DNA of 64,000 bases, taken from the NCBI GenBank assembly GCA_965261545.1, contig CBDHDF010000011.1, forward strand, positions 256,001 through 320,000. The letters run 5' to 3'. Positions 9,937-18,513 of the stretch are shown here, piece by piece. The DNA comes from Bdellovibrionales bacterium (GTDB lineage Bacteria; Bdellovibrionota; Bdellovibrionia; Bdellovibrionales; UBA1609). The translations under genes and the position numbers were made by a program. Position 1 is the first letter of the stretch. Each line of letters opens with the position of its first letter. The notes beneath the pieces are model-generated. The model ran no database searches. It had not been told where the DNA came from and saw only the letters and a program-made list of their open reading frames with translations.

Positions 9937-10446
9937 TTAAATTCTTTTTTTTATCACTTTTTTATTCATTTTCTTTTTCCCATGACATCGATTTCTTCTT
10001 ATGACTTCTTTCAACAAAAGATCAGAAATTCTCTTAAGGGCACGATCTTTTGTGTATTTAACAGCCACACGACTGACACCAAGCTTTTTTGAAGCTCCGC
10101 CCAAGCTAAGGTTTTCCCAGAAAATGTGATGTAAAACCTGTCTTTGATTCTCTGAAAGCTGATTGATGATCTCTCCCAGAATTTCTTCCAGATGAAGGAA
10201 ATTCTTTGGATCGGTGGCCGGAGAGAAGACTTTTTCATGATCTTCTTGAGAAAGATTCTCAGAAAGACGCCCCATCATGCTTGAGTTCTCCATGAGAAGC
10301 TCTTTTTGTTTAACGTCTACAGTGGAATCAAGATAGGTCTCCCAATCACTCGCTGACCAACTATGACAGACCTTTTTGATCTCTTCATCAGACATTGGTA
10401 AGCCGTCTTTTTGGGTCCAAATTTTACTTGTACTCTTTTTTTTCAT
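9937..10446 (-). CDS. Sigma70 region-4 (ECF-like) transcription factor heading the transfer operon
   Basis: LSENQRQVLHHIFWENLSLGGASKKLGVSRVAVKYTKDRALKRI HTH; AAGGAG RBS before MKKKSTS. Confidence 0.8.
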   Translation of the reverse strand: MKKKSTSKIWTQKDGLPMSDEEIKKVCHSWSASDWETYLDSTVDVKQKELLMENSSMMGRLSENLSQEDHEKVFSPATDPKNFLHLEEILGEIINQLSENQRQVLHHIFWENLSLGGASKKLGVSRVAVKYTKDRALKRISDLLLKEVIRRNRCHGKKKMNKKVIKKRI

Positions 10447-10562
10447 ATCAACTCCTTGTAATGCTCCCTGCAATGTTCTCTTGTTTTCAAGGAAGCTAAG
10501 AATTAAACTCATTTTCTCACTTCTTTAATTATTTAATAATTTACTCTTCTTTCTATTCACCT

Positions 10563-10897
10563 CCTCTCATATATGTGAAAATGTTAATGTAGAGGATTAA
10601 CAGCTCCTTCTTTTATGGCGAGAACATCTCACTCAATCAGAAACCATCAAAACCCATTCCTTGCTATTCTGAGTCTCTTTCAAATGCTTCAAAAAAAGCC
10701 TTTCCCCCCTACCTATGTGAAAACGTTAATGTGGGGGGGTTAACAGTCCCGTATTTATTGAAGAAAATGGAATTCATTAAAAAATCTATTTCCTCCTATT
10801 TTTGAGCTCCTTTCAAATACTTGCCCAAGGTCTCTCCCAAAAAAGCCATTCCCCCTACCTATGTGAAAATGTTAATGTAGGGGGTTAACAACTCCTT
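10563..10897. repeat. Three direct copies of a ~45-bp motif at 142/146-bp spacing
   Basis: Core TATGTGAAAAYGTTAATGTRGRGG..TTAACA starts at 10572, 10714 and 10860. Confidence 0.9.
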
Positions 10898-10961
10898 ATT
10901 TATTGAAAGAAGCACCTGAACTCATCACGACCCTTCCATCATTGCCTTTCAATTTATTCAA

Positions 10962-10977
10962 TGCACAAGACGGACCA
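10962..10977 (-). promoter_or_regulatory. Candidate sigma54 (-24/-12) promoter facing the sigma/T4SS operon
   Basis: Minus strand reads TGGTCCGTCTTGTGCA = GG-N10-GC; an imperfect match to the TGGCACG-N4-TTGC consensus. Confidence 0.55.
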
Positions 10978-10992
10978 AATGTTCCAAAGACA

Positions 10993-11005
10993 TAAATGAC
11001 TGATT
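10993..11005 (-). promoter_or_regulatory. IHF consensus site
   Basis: AATCAG-TCAT-TTA matches WATCAR-N4-TTR; lies between the sigma54 motif and the upstream boxes. Confidence 0.55.
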
Positions 11006-11030
11006 TTATTGGATATTTAATTTTGAGATA

Positions 11031-11174
11031 TGGACCATAAATAGGTCATGGCCCAAAATATTGAGTTAATTTCATCGAAGCGAAGTAAAAGTAAAGAACA
11101 GTGGACCACTTTCGGTCTATTTAAAATATGTGATGAATGATTTAAGGGATTTAGACAAACCCACAAGTGGGACA
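11031..11174. promoter_or_regulatory. Cluster of 18-bp imperfect palindromes (candidate enhancer sites)
   Basis: TGGACCATAAATAGGTCA (11031), TGGACCACTTTCGGTCTA (11102), AAACCCACAAGTGGGACA (11157). Confidence 0.55.
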
Positions 11175-11470
11175 GAATAATAAAGTGATGGATTATTTTG
11201 TCATTTATTACAATAAAATATTAAACGATAACCCAAAATCTAGAAATTTTTCTGATTTTTTTATGATTTTTTATTAATGAACTCGACGGAAAACCATGAG
11301 AGTCGGAAATTCAAAATGAGTTATATTAAAAGTTTAGAAAAATCCTCTCTTGTATCTCACAATCATAATTGCAATAGCACCTTGAGTTTGGCTTTCATTG
11401 ATAATCATAGCTCTCTGGATTCCTGTTTCAAGGGGTGATCTATTCAGTCGACATAGAGATTGGAGCCCTC

Positions 11471-11587
11471 GTGCGCCACGAAGCGCAAACACATCGGTGG
11501 TGAAAGTCCACACGAGGAAGTGCCTCAGCACACCTCGCAGCGAGTCTTGGGCTCATGGAGGTAACAATATGAGTTAAGCGTAGATAG
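11471..11587 (+). mobile_element. Group II intron 5' stub truncated by IS4
   Basis: Begins GTGCG; nearly identical to the intron start at 62702 that leads into an RT ORF. Confidence 0.85.
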
Positions 11588-13004
11588 CAATGCCGTTTCC
11601 TTAAGCCACCACACCCCTCTGCCTCTGCGTTAAGCTATTTCTTTTAAAAGAACTCCCAGCCCTTTTGATAGACCTTTCATAGCTTCTTTTGAAGTGCCTC
11701 CTCTTCTCCATTGAAATCTTCATCAGCAACTTTATCTGCTTCCTAAATTTCTGATAGAGCCCCGCAACAAAAAGGGGGATGCTATCCATTATGAAATCAA
11801 GAATCAGTTTAAAGTTAGGTTTTTTGTAGTCATTTTTTACCAACTGATTCACACTGTCTTCATCCTCATTTATGCTCATTTGAATCTTTGTATAATTGAA
11901 GAGCCAAAAATAAGAATACAGCTCTTGCAATATTCCATTAAGGCTTGTTGAGTGCCACTGCTCCATTTTCATTGTCGATGTAAAATCACGAAATGTCGTT
12001 TCTATTTCCCAACGACGAGAGTAAAGAGCAACCATATCCTTCTTGTCCAAGGAGCCATGCGGAAGATTAGTGGCCAAAACAGAGAACTCCCCAGTCTTTG
12101 GGTTTTTATACTTATAGAGATGAATGACCACCCCCTCAATAACCATTTGTGAATACCAACCTGGGCCATTAAATAAATTTACGATGGGGATAAAAGTAGA
12201 GCCTCGCTTACAACGCGCAATAAAGAAGTTACTGGCTTGAGCATGGGCCTTAATAATCTCTGTAGATAAATAAAGCCTATCGTAGAGAGTTATGCTATTA
12301 CTCTCAAAACTACCTATCATTTGAATAGCATTGGCGATTTCGTTGAGAGCGGGAGAATAGCAAAGATTCTTTGTCACACCCGATAAAACGTCATAAGCAT
12401 GAGATAGATACATACGTAAGAAATGAGTTTCCATCTCATTTGGGCAAGGGTACCCACAATAACCCTCCTTTAAAAGATCTTTAGAGCGAGGAAGTGCTAA
12501 TTGGTCGCCATCTATGGCATAGATATAAAAGCCATGAAACGTTTTTCTCAATGGTTCGTAGTCTGTAATCAGAGATTCAAAGATATTTTTAAAAAATAGG
12601 TAAGAAATACTTTGACGTATCTTGCTGAGACTGCTTTTGACTGGCATGAGAAGCAGGTCACCAAAATGAGTCCATACCGTCTTAAGAGCGATTTGGTAGC
12701 CTTCGTAATTTGTTCCGGAAATAAGATAGATAATAGTAAAAAAGAAAATTTGAGGATTAAATTTTCGATTCCTTTTTTGTTTTTCTGGATCGACAAGGTG
12801 CTCTGGCTTGAAGGAAGAATCAAGTTTTGGTAGAATAAAATGGTCATCTGTGACGCGAACTCGTCATTTGGGGGCTTTCGAGATCAATATTGGATTGCAT
12901 GTGACTTACTCCTTGGTTGAGGGTTGGGTGTAAAATAAAACAAGTCTTATTCTTGTCGATTTATCTAATAATTTCAAGAGATTTTTCTTAAGGAAACGGC
13001 ATTG
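11588..13004 (-). mobile_element. IS4-family element, copy 1
   Basis: 18-bp terminal IRs CAATGCCGTTTCCTTAAG / CTTAAGGAAACGGCATTG enclosing a transposase. Confidence 0.9.
11601..12647 (-). CDS. IS4-family DDE transposase (frame stays open upstream to ~12863 without an ATG)
   Basis: AIDGD, YDRLY, YSRRWEIETTFRDF (YREK-like motif). Confidence 0.85.
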   Translation of the reverse strand: MPVKSSLSKIRQSISYLFFKNIFESLITDYEPLRKTFHGFYIYAIDGDQLALPRSKDLLKEGYCGYPCPNEMETHFLRMYLSHAYDVLSGVTKNLCYSPALNEIANAIQMIGSFESNSITLYDRLYLSTEIIKAHAQASNFFIARCKRGSTFIPIVNLFNGPGWYSQMVIEGVVIHLYKYKNPKTGEFSVLATNLPHGSLDKKDMVALYSRRWEIETTFRDFTSTMKMEQWHSTSLNGILQELYSYFWLFNYTKIQMSINEDEDSVNQLVKNDYKKPNFKLILDFIMDSIPLFVAGLYQKFRKQIKLLMKISMEKRRHFKRSYERSIKRAGSSFKRNSLTQRQRGVVA

Positions 13005-13157
13005 ATCAGGGACTGTAAAAATAATTGTGTAACTGCAATTTTTTTCTTAAATCTTAAAGCCACTTATGTGGCTCCACTCCTGGTAAAAAGCACAGTCCCA
13101 TATTATTCGTCAATGTATAATTGACATTTTTTCCTTCAAGCGATTTTGTCAGTCACA

Positions 13158-13310
13158 ATGCATTATAAGTTAATGGGGAGGTGGACATCTTCGCTGGTCT
13201 ATATAATTGGCCTCTTTAGTTACTCTGGACTTTTGATTGTATTATGGAGCCGTAATGGGATCATATCAGAACTGGAAAGAACTCAAATAAATAATTATCA
13301 TCTTGGTTGA
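13158..13310 (+). CDS. Possible 50-aa single-TM peptide in the IS256 cargo
   Basis: MHYKLMGRWTSSLVYIIGLFSYSGLLIVLWSRNGIISELERTQINNYHLG; intact in both copies; no clear RBS. Confidence 0.3.
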   Translation: MHYKLMGRWTSSLVYIIGLFSYSGLLIVLWSRNGIISELERTQINNYHLG

Positions 13311-13621
13311 AAAAAAATCAGCAATGGCTCTCTCAAAAAAATGGAAATTCCAATCTCATCAAAGGGTTCATGTGTTTAGGTTCCCATACTATATTACCCC
13401 CTTTTTTTTATTTTTTTTAACTTAGGATATTCGAGAAATACCAGAATTGGGATGAAATATGAAAAAAAATGGGAACCCAAATCTGCACCAAGAGGGCATG
13501 TATTTAGGTTCCCATACTATATTACCCTAACCATAGTCTCGGTATTCCAGTACTTCTGTCAACGCCTTAGAGGGGCTTTTAAGCCCCCTTATAAGGCAGG
13601 TGGTGGACCTTATTAAAAAAC

Positions 13622-14824
13622 TTAGTTGTCAAAACGGTCACCGTATTCAATGGCAAACCTGTTCATGGCTGGCTTCCAGTTGTGTAATGGTCGTGTCCAT
13701 CGCTTAGAGGCCATTTTTATCGCTAAATATACAACTTTTAAAGCCGACCGATCACTGGGAAATATCTTACGATTTCTGATCGCCTTGCGGATCACGCTAT
13801 TTAACGACTCTATGGCGTTTGTGGTATAAAAAATCTTTCTGATTTCATCCGGATAATCGAAAATAGTGATGAGATTGTCCCAATTCCTACGCCAAGACTT
13901 TTCAATATTCGGATACTTTGAAGACCACTTGGTACAAAATTCCTCAAGGGCCTTTTCAGCTTCTGTCAGAGTCGTAGAGCCATAAATGGACTTGAGGTCT
14001 TGGGCGACAGCTTTCATATCCTTGGAAGGAACATAGCGAAGGGAATTGCGGACCATATGGACAATGCACAGTTGTACTTTAGACTTGGGAAAAGCCGCTG
14101 AAATGGCTTGAGGAAAACCTGTAAGACCATCTACAGAAAATATAAATACGTCTTTCAACCCTCGATTTTGCAGCTCAGTCAAAACACTCAACCAAAACTT
14201 TGAACCCTCATTTTCAGAAATCCATAGGCCCAACAAGTCTTTCTGACCCTCCTCTGTAATACCAAGAGCTAGGTAAATCGCCTTATTAATAACTCTCTTG
14301 TCTTGATGGACCTTCACCACGATACAGTCCAAAAATACGATAGGGTAAGTGCTATCCAAGGGGCGGTTCTGCCAAGCCGTAACTTCATCAATAACAGCAT
14401 CCGTCACGTTGGCTATCACTGAGTGGGATATCTCTGCACCATGGTAGAGGTCTTTGATAGCTCCTTGAATATCCCTGGTCGTCATTCCCCTCGCATAGAG
14501 GGTCAGAATACTGTCTTCAAAGCCCTCAAGACGAGTCTTGCCTTTGGGAATGACTTGGGGCTCAAAGGAGGCACTTCGGTCACGGGGGACCTGAAGCTCC
14601 ACCTCGCCTTTCTCTCCCTTTATGGTCTTTCTACTGTAACCATTGCGAGTGTTGGATTTGCGGGTCTCAGACTTCTCATGCCTCTCATAACCTAGGTGAT
14701 CGTCCATTTCCGCATTAAGAGCTGTCTCTAAAACAACCTTCATCAGTTGACCCGTTATGTCGGATAAATCCTTTTGGGTCTTGACGTTCTTCGCTAGTTC
14801 CTTGCCTATTGTCTTGATATCCAT
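13622..14824 (-). CDS. IS256-family transposase (intact)
   Basis: RNGY, VPRDR, FLDC, SVDGLTGF, CIVH, YTTNAIESLN. Confidence 0.95.
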   Translation of the reverse strand: MDIKTIGKELAKNVKTQKDLSDITGQLMKVVLETALNAEMDDHLGYERHEKSETRKSNTRNGYSRKTIKGEKGEVELQVPRDRSASFEPQVIPKGKTRLEGFEDSILTLYARGMTTRDIQGAIKDLYHGAEISHSVIANVTDAVIDEVTAWQNRPLDSTYPIVFLDCIVVKVHQDKRVINKAIYLALGITEEGQKDLLGLWISENEGSKFWLSVLTELQNRGLKDVFIFSVDGLTGFPQAISAAFPKSKVQLCIVHMVRNSLRYVPSKDMKAVAQDLKSIYGSTTLTEAEKALEEFCTKWSSKYPNIEKSWRRNWDNLITIFDYPDEIRKIFYTTNAIESLNSVIRKAIRNRKIFPSDRSALKVVYLAIKMASKRWTRPLHNWKPAMNRFAIEYGDRFDN

Positions 14825-15092
14825 TTTGCCTTCTCCTTTCAGGATGATAGTTCATCCTAATATGATTCGGCAGTTACACAAAATAGTTTACAGGCTCATT
14901 GATCACTCAAGTAGGTGTATGGTTCGCCCAGAGTTCGATTTGCTCCACGGTGTTATACGATACTTTATTCTGACTAGAATTCGCCTTTATTTTTTATTTT
15001 TCTTTGACCATCCCTAGAGAATTATTACATTCCCTTGACTAAGTCTTGTCATAACCTCCCCATGAGTTTAATACTCTGCATCAGGAGGTGTT

Positions 15093-15216
15093 ATGATTTT
15101 AGCTACTTTTGTATCAACGGATGACCTTGTAAAAGAAGGTAAGAATTACAATTGGAAGAGGCCATGTAAGTGCCAAAATCCCGGCTGTAAAAGTGAGAAG
15201 CTCTGGGGCCATGGCT
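15093..15216 (+). pseudogene. Truncated zinc-ribbon ORF of the type that precedes DDE-integrase/ExeA-ATPase elements
   Basis: GGAGG RBS, MILATFVSTDDLVKEGKNYNWKRPCKCQNPGCKSEKLWGHG, cut by IS4 copy 2. Family link is from recollection. Confidence 0.55.
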
Positions 15217-16631
15217 CAATGCCGTTTCCTTAAGCCACCACACCCCTCTGCCTCTGCGTTAAGCTATTTCTTTTAAAAGAACTCCCAGCCCTTTTGATAG
15301 ACCTTTCATAGCTTCTTTTGAAGTGCCTCCTCTTCTCCATTGAAATCTTCATCAGCAACTTTATCTGCTTCCTAAATTTCTGATAGAGCCCCGCAACAAA
15401 AAGAGGGATGCTATCCATTATGAAATCAAGAATCAGTTTAAAGTTAGGTTTTTTGTAGTCATTTTTTACCAACTGATTCACACTGTCTTCATCCTCATTT
15501 ATGCTCATTTGAATCTTTGTATAATTGAAGAGCCAAAAATAAGAATACAGCTCTTGCAATATTCCATTAAGGCTTGTTGAGTGCCACTGCTCCATTTTCA
15601 TTGTCGATGTAAAATCACGAAATGTCGTTTCTATTTCCCAACGACGAGAGTAAAGAGCAACCATATCCTTCTTGTCCAAGGAGCCATGCGGAAGATTAGT
15701 GGCCAAAACAGAGAACTCCCCAGTCTTTGGGTTTTTATACTTATAGAGATGAATGACCACCCCCTCAATAACCATTCGTGAATACCAACCTGGGCCATTA
15801 AATAAATTTACAATGGGGATAAAAGTAGAGCCTCGCTTACAACGCGCAATAAAGAAGTTACTGGCTTGAGCATGGGCCTTAATAATCTCTGTAGATAAAT
15901 AAAGCCTATCGTAGAGAGTTATGCTATTACTCTCAAAACTACCTATCATTTGAATAGCATTGGCGCCTAACAAGAGCGGGAGAATAGCAAAGATTCTTTG
16001 TCACACCCGATAAAACGTCATAAGCATGAGATAGATACATACGTAAGAAATGAGTTTCCATCTCATTTGGGCAAGGGTACCCACAATAACCCTCCTTTAA
16101 AAGATCTTTAGAGCGAGGAAGTGCTAATTGGTCGCCATCTATGGCATAGATATAAAAACCATGAAACGTTTTTCTCAATGGTTCGTAGTCTGTAATCAGA
16201 GATTCAAAGATATCTTTGAAAAATAGGTAAGAAATACTTTGACGTATCTTGCTGAGACTGCTTTTGACTGGCATGAGAAGCAGGTCACCAAAATGAGTCC
16301 ATACCGTCTTAAGAGCGATTTGGTAGCCTTCGTAATTTGTTCCGGAAATAAGATAGATAATGGTAAAAAAGAAAATTTGAGGATTAAATTTTCGATTCCT
16401 TTTTTGTTTTTCTGGATCGACAAGGTGCTCTGGCTTGAAGGAAGAATCAAGTTTTGGTAGAATAAAATGGTCATCTGTGACGCGAACTCGTCATTTGGGG
16501 GCTTTCGAGATCAATATTGGATTGCATGTGACTTACTCCTTGGTTGAGGGTTGGGTGTAAAATAAAACAAGTCTTATTCTTGTCGATTTATCTAATGATT
16601 TCAAGAGATTTTTCTTAAGGAAACGGCATTG
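15217..16631 (-). mobile_element. IS4-family element, copy 2 (transposase frameshifted at ~15966)
   Basis: Same IRs and near-identity to copy 1; ORF split into 15939-16274 and 15230-15973. Confidence 0.9.
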
Positions 16632-16633
16632 AC

Positions 16634-17068
16634 TTGAGTGATGTATCTGTTTTTATTCCACATTTTCTATGCCTGCCCAGCTTCAACCATGGAATTTTAC
16701 GGAAACTCCACACTGAATGGAGGCTTTCTGCACGCAGTATCGTTGATCTCAGTGGGGGAGTATGGGCAAAAACTTCTATTTCCCAGGCTCTCCGCAAGCA
16801 CCAGTTAACAAAGCCCAGCCATGCTCAGCAAACTCCAACCTTTCATCGAAGATATGGAAAAACTCTCCTCAAAGGAAAATTGGTGGATCATAAGGGAGAG
16901 CAGAGAATCATTGAGCAGATGCTCGAACTAAAATCCCAGGGAAAATCTTCCTACCAAATTGCCAAACATTTAAACAGTAAGAAAATCAAAAGCAAAACCG
17001 GTGGACTGTGGACGTACCCCACAGTCACAGTCATCATCAAGCGGGAAACCCAGGAGGAACTATCATGA
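16634..17068 (+). CDS. Recombinase-domain protein (large serine recombinase-like DNA-binding part), probably 5'-truncated by IS4
   Basis: YG...LVDHKGEQRIIEQMLELKSQGKSSYQIAKHLN...GGLWTYPTVTVIIKR. Confidence 0.65.
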   Translation: MSDVSVFIPHFLCLPSFNHGILRKLHTEWRLSARSIVDLSGGVWAKTSISQALRKHQLTKPSHAQQTPTFHRRYGKTLLKGKLVDHKGEQRIIEQMLELKSQGKSSYQIAKHLNSKKIKSKTGGLWTYPTVTVIIKRETQEELS

Positions 17069-17253
17069 AAAGTATCATCGACACCATCATTGCCATTTTA
17101 TTTATTCTCTTTGGCCTCGATTTTGGCCTGGAGTATCTCCACAGAGAGGTCAAAAGAGCCACCATCAAGAGACTCCACAAGGGACTCCCCCCACTGAGCC
17201 CAATGACTCAGAGAATGACGGGCCGGAAAATGACAGAGCCGAGAAACCCTTAG
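17065..17253 (+). CDS. Small single-TM protein
   Basis: GGAGG RBS, ATGA overlap, MKSIIDTIIAILFILFG; apparent paralog at 58115-58308. Confidence 0.6.
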   Translation: MKSIIDTIIAILFILFGLDFGLEYLHREVKRATIKRLHKGLPPLSPMTQRMTGRKMTEPRNP

Positions 17254-17855
17254 GGGTCCGGACGGAAAGGCAAAACAGGCAATGAAGCCTTACTCCTCCG
17301 GGCGAATCTACAAACCTGACTTTGTCTCTTTTTCAGAGATATTGTACGAATCTTTGTAAGAACAGTTCTGTTTTACAAACTTTGACTCAAGGAACCCCAT
17401 CCAATGGCATTAAAGATTAAATTTTCTTTTCCAACACATAAAAATTTTTCTCAACGACCTGTTTTATCTATTTTTTTATATTTCTAACCTGGCGCAGCCA
17501 GAACCCAGAATTAAGACTGGACTCCAGACTTAATTCCTAAGTCTATGTTTGCTGTGAGCCTATCTCACAGTACTTAAGAGGGTCGGAATAAAATTATGTT
17601 CGAATTTTGCAGATATAATGACAAGTAAGGAACTATATGCCCTCTTGATAACTCTTCCATTTTCTTATGTAAACCCTCCGTTAAGAATTTGTTTTTCTAA
17701 ATCTCGACATCCTGACAATCTCCTCTTGGGGAAGCCTCCGAATACTATAAAGTGCAAATGTGGTCGCAAAAATATTCCTTGGACATATAGGATTAAGACT
17801 TGAAACTAAGGTCTTCCTATAGTAGATTGCTTTTTGAAAGCATATAAAGGAGTTT

Positions 17856-18164
17856 ATGATGGAAGTTTACGAACTAATCAAAAAAGCAATTATTGAAAAA
17901 AAACAGGTACACGCTAAGTATAAAGGTCGTTCAAGAGAGATGTGCCCCCATATTCTTGGAACTAAAAGTGGAAAACCACGGGTTTTATTTTATCAGTTTG
18001 GTGGCGATAGCAAAAGTGAATTAAGCGATAATGGAGGCTGGAGATGCATACCATTAGATGGTTTAGAAGATGTTTCCCTCAAAGAGGGTGAGTGGCATAC
18101 AGTCATGGGAACAACTGACCAGAGAAGCTCCTGTGTTGATGAAATCGATGTTGAGGTAAAGTAA
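17856..18164 (+). CDS. Stand-alone WYL-like protein
   Basis: IKKAI.EKKQVHAKY..REMCPHILG..YQ..GWRCIPLD pattern; AAGGAG RBS. Confidence 0.6.
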   Translation: MMEVYELIKKAIIEKKQVHAKYKGRSREMCPHILGTKSGKPRVLFYQFGGDSKSELSDNGGWRCIPLDGLEDVSLKEGEWHTVMGTTDQRSSCVDEIDVEVK

Positions 18165-18513
18165 GGTTAGAAAATGAAGTAGTTTAGAATAATGTTGACA
18201 TGACTCTCCTCATCACAGACTGGAGTTCCCCACAAAAAGTGGAGAGTTTTTTAAGCGAATCTTGATTGTTTATAGCCCTTGAGTCCCTATGCATCAAGGA
18301 CCAAAGCGCCAATGTTTATTCAATTCCTGTAGTACTTTCTCTCCCATTATTCACATCCTCCGTGCTGTAAAAAGCATTTTGGGGTCATGTCACTTCATGG
18401 GTAAAATCGCTTTCAACCAAAACAACATTTTTCCACGATGTTGAGTTTGCCGTCACAAATACATTCGAGGAATTTTCAGGGAAGTACGTGTAATTCAAAG
18501 GGAGATTAGACAA

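Larger units (their letters stand above)
13009..14897 (-). mobile_element. IS256-family element (1889 bp) with ~600 bp of cargo, copy 1
   Basis: IRs GGGACTGTAAAAATAATTGTGTAACTGC / GCAGTTACACAAAATAGTTTACAGGCTC; 8-bp TSD ATTGATCA at 13001-13008 and 14898-14905. Confidence 0.92.

Noticed and set aside
10563..10897. Triple repeat as a CRISPR array
   Set aside because: Spacers are ~100 bp and partly homologous, repeats are degenerate, and there are no cas genes.
11334..11531. 65-aa ORF
   Set aside because: It spans the intron-exon junction in antisense, so it is likely spurious.
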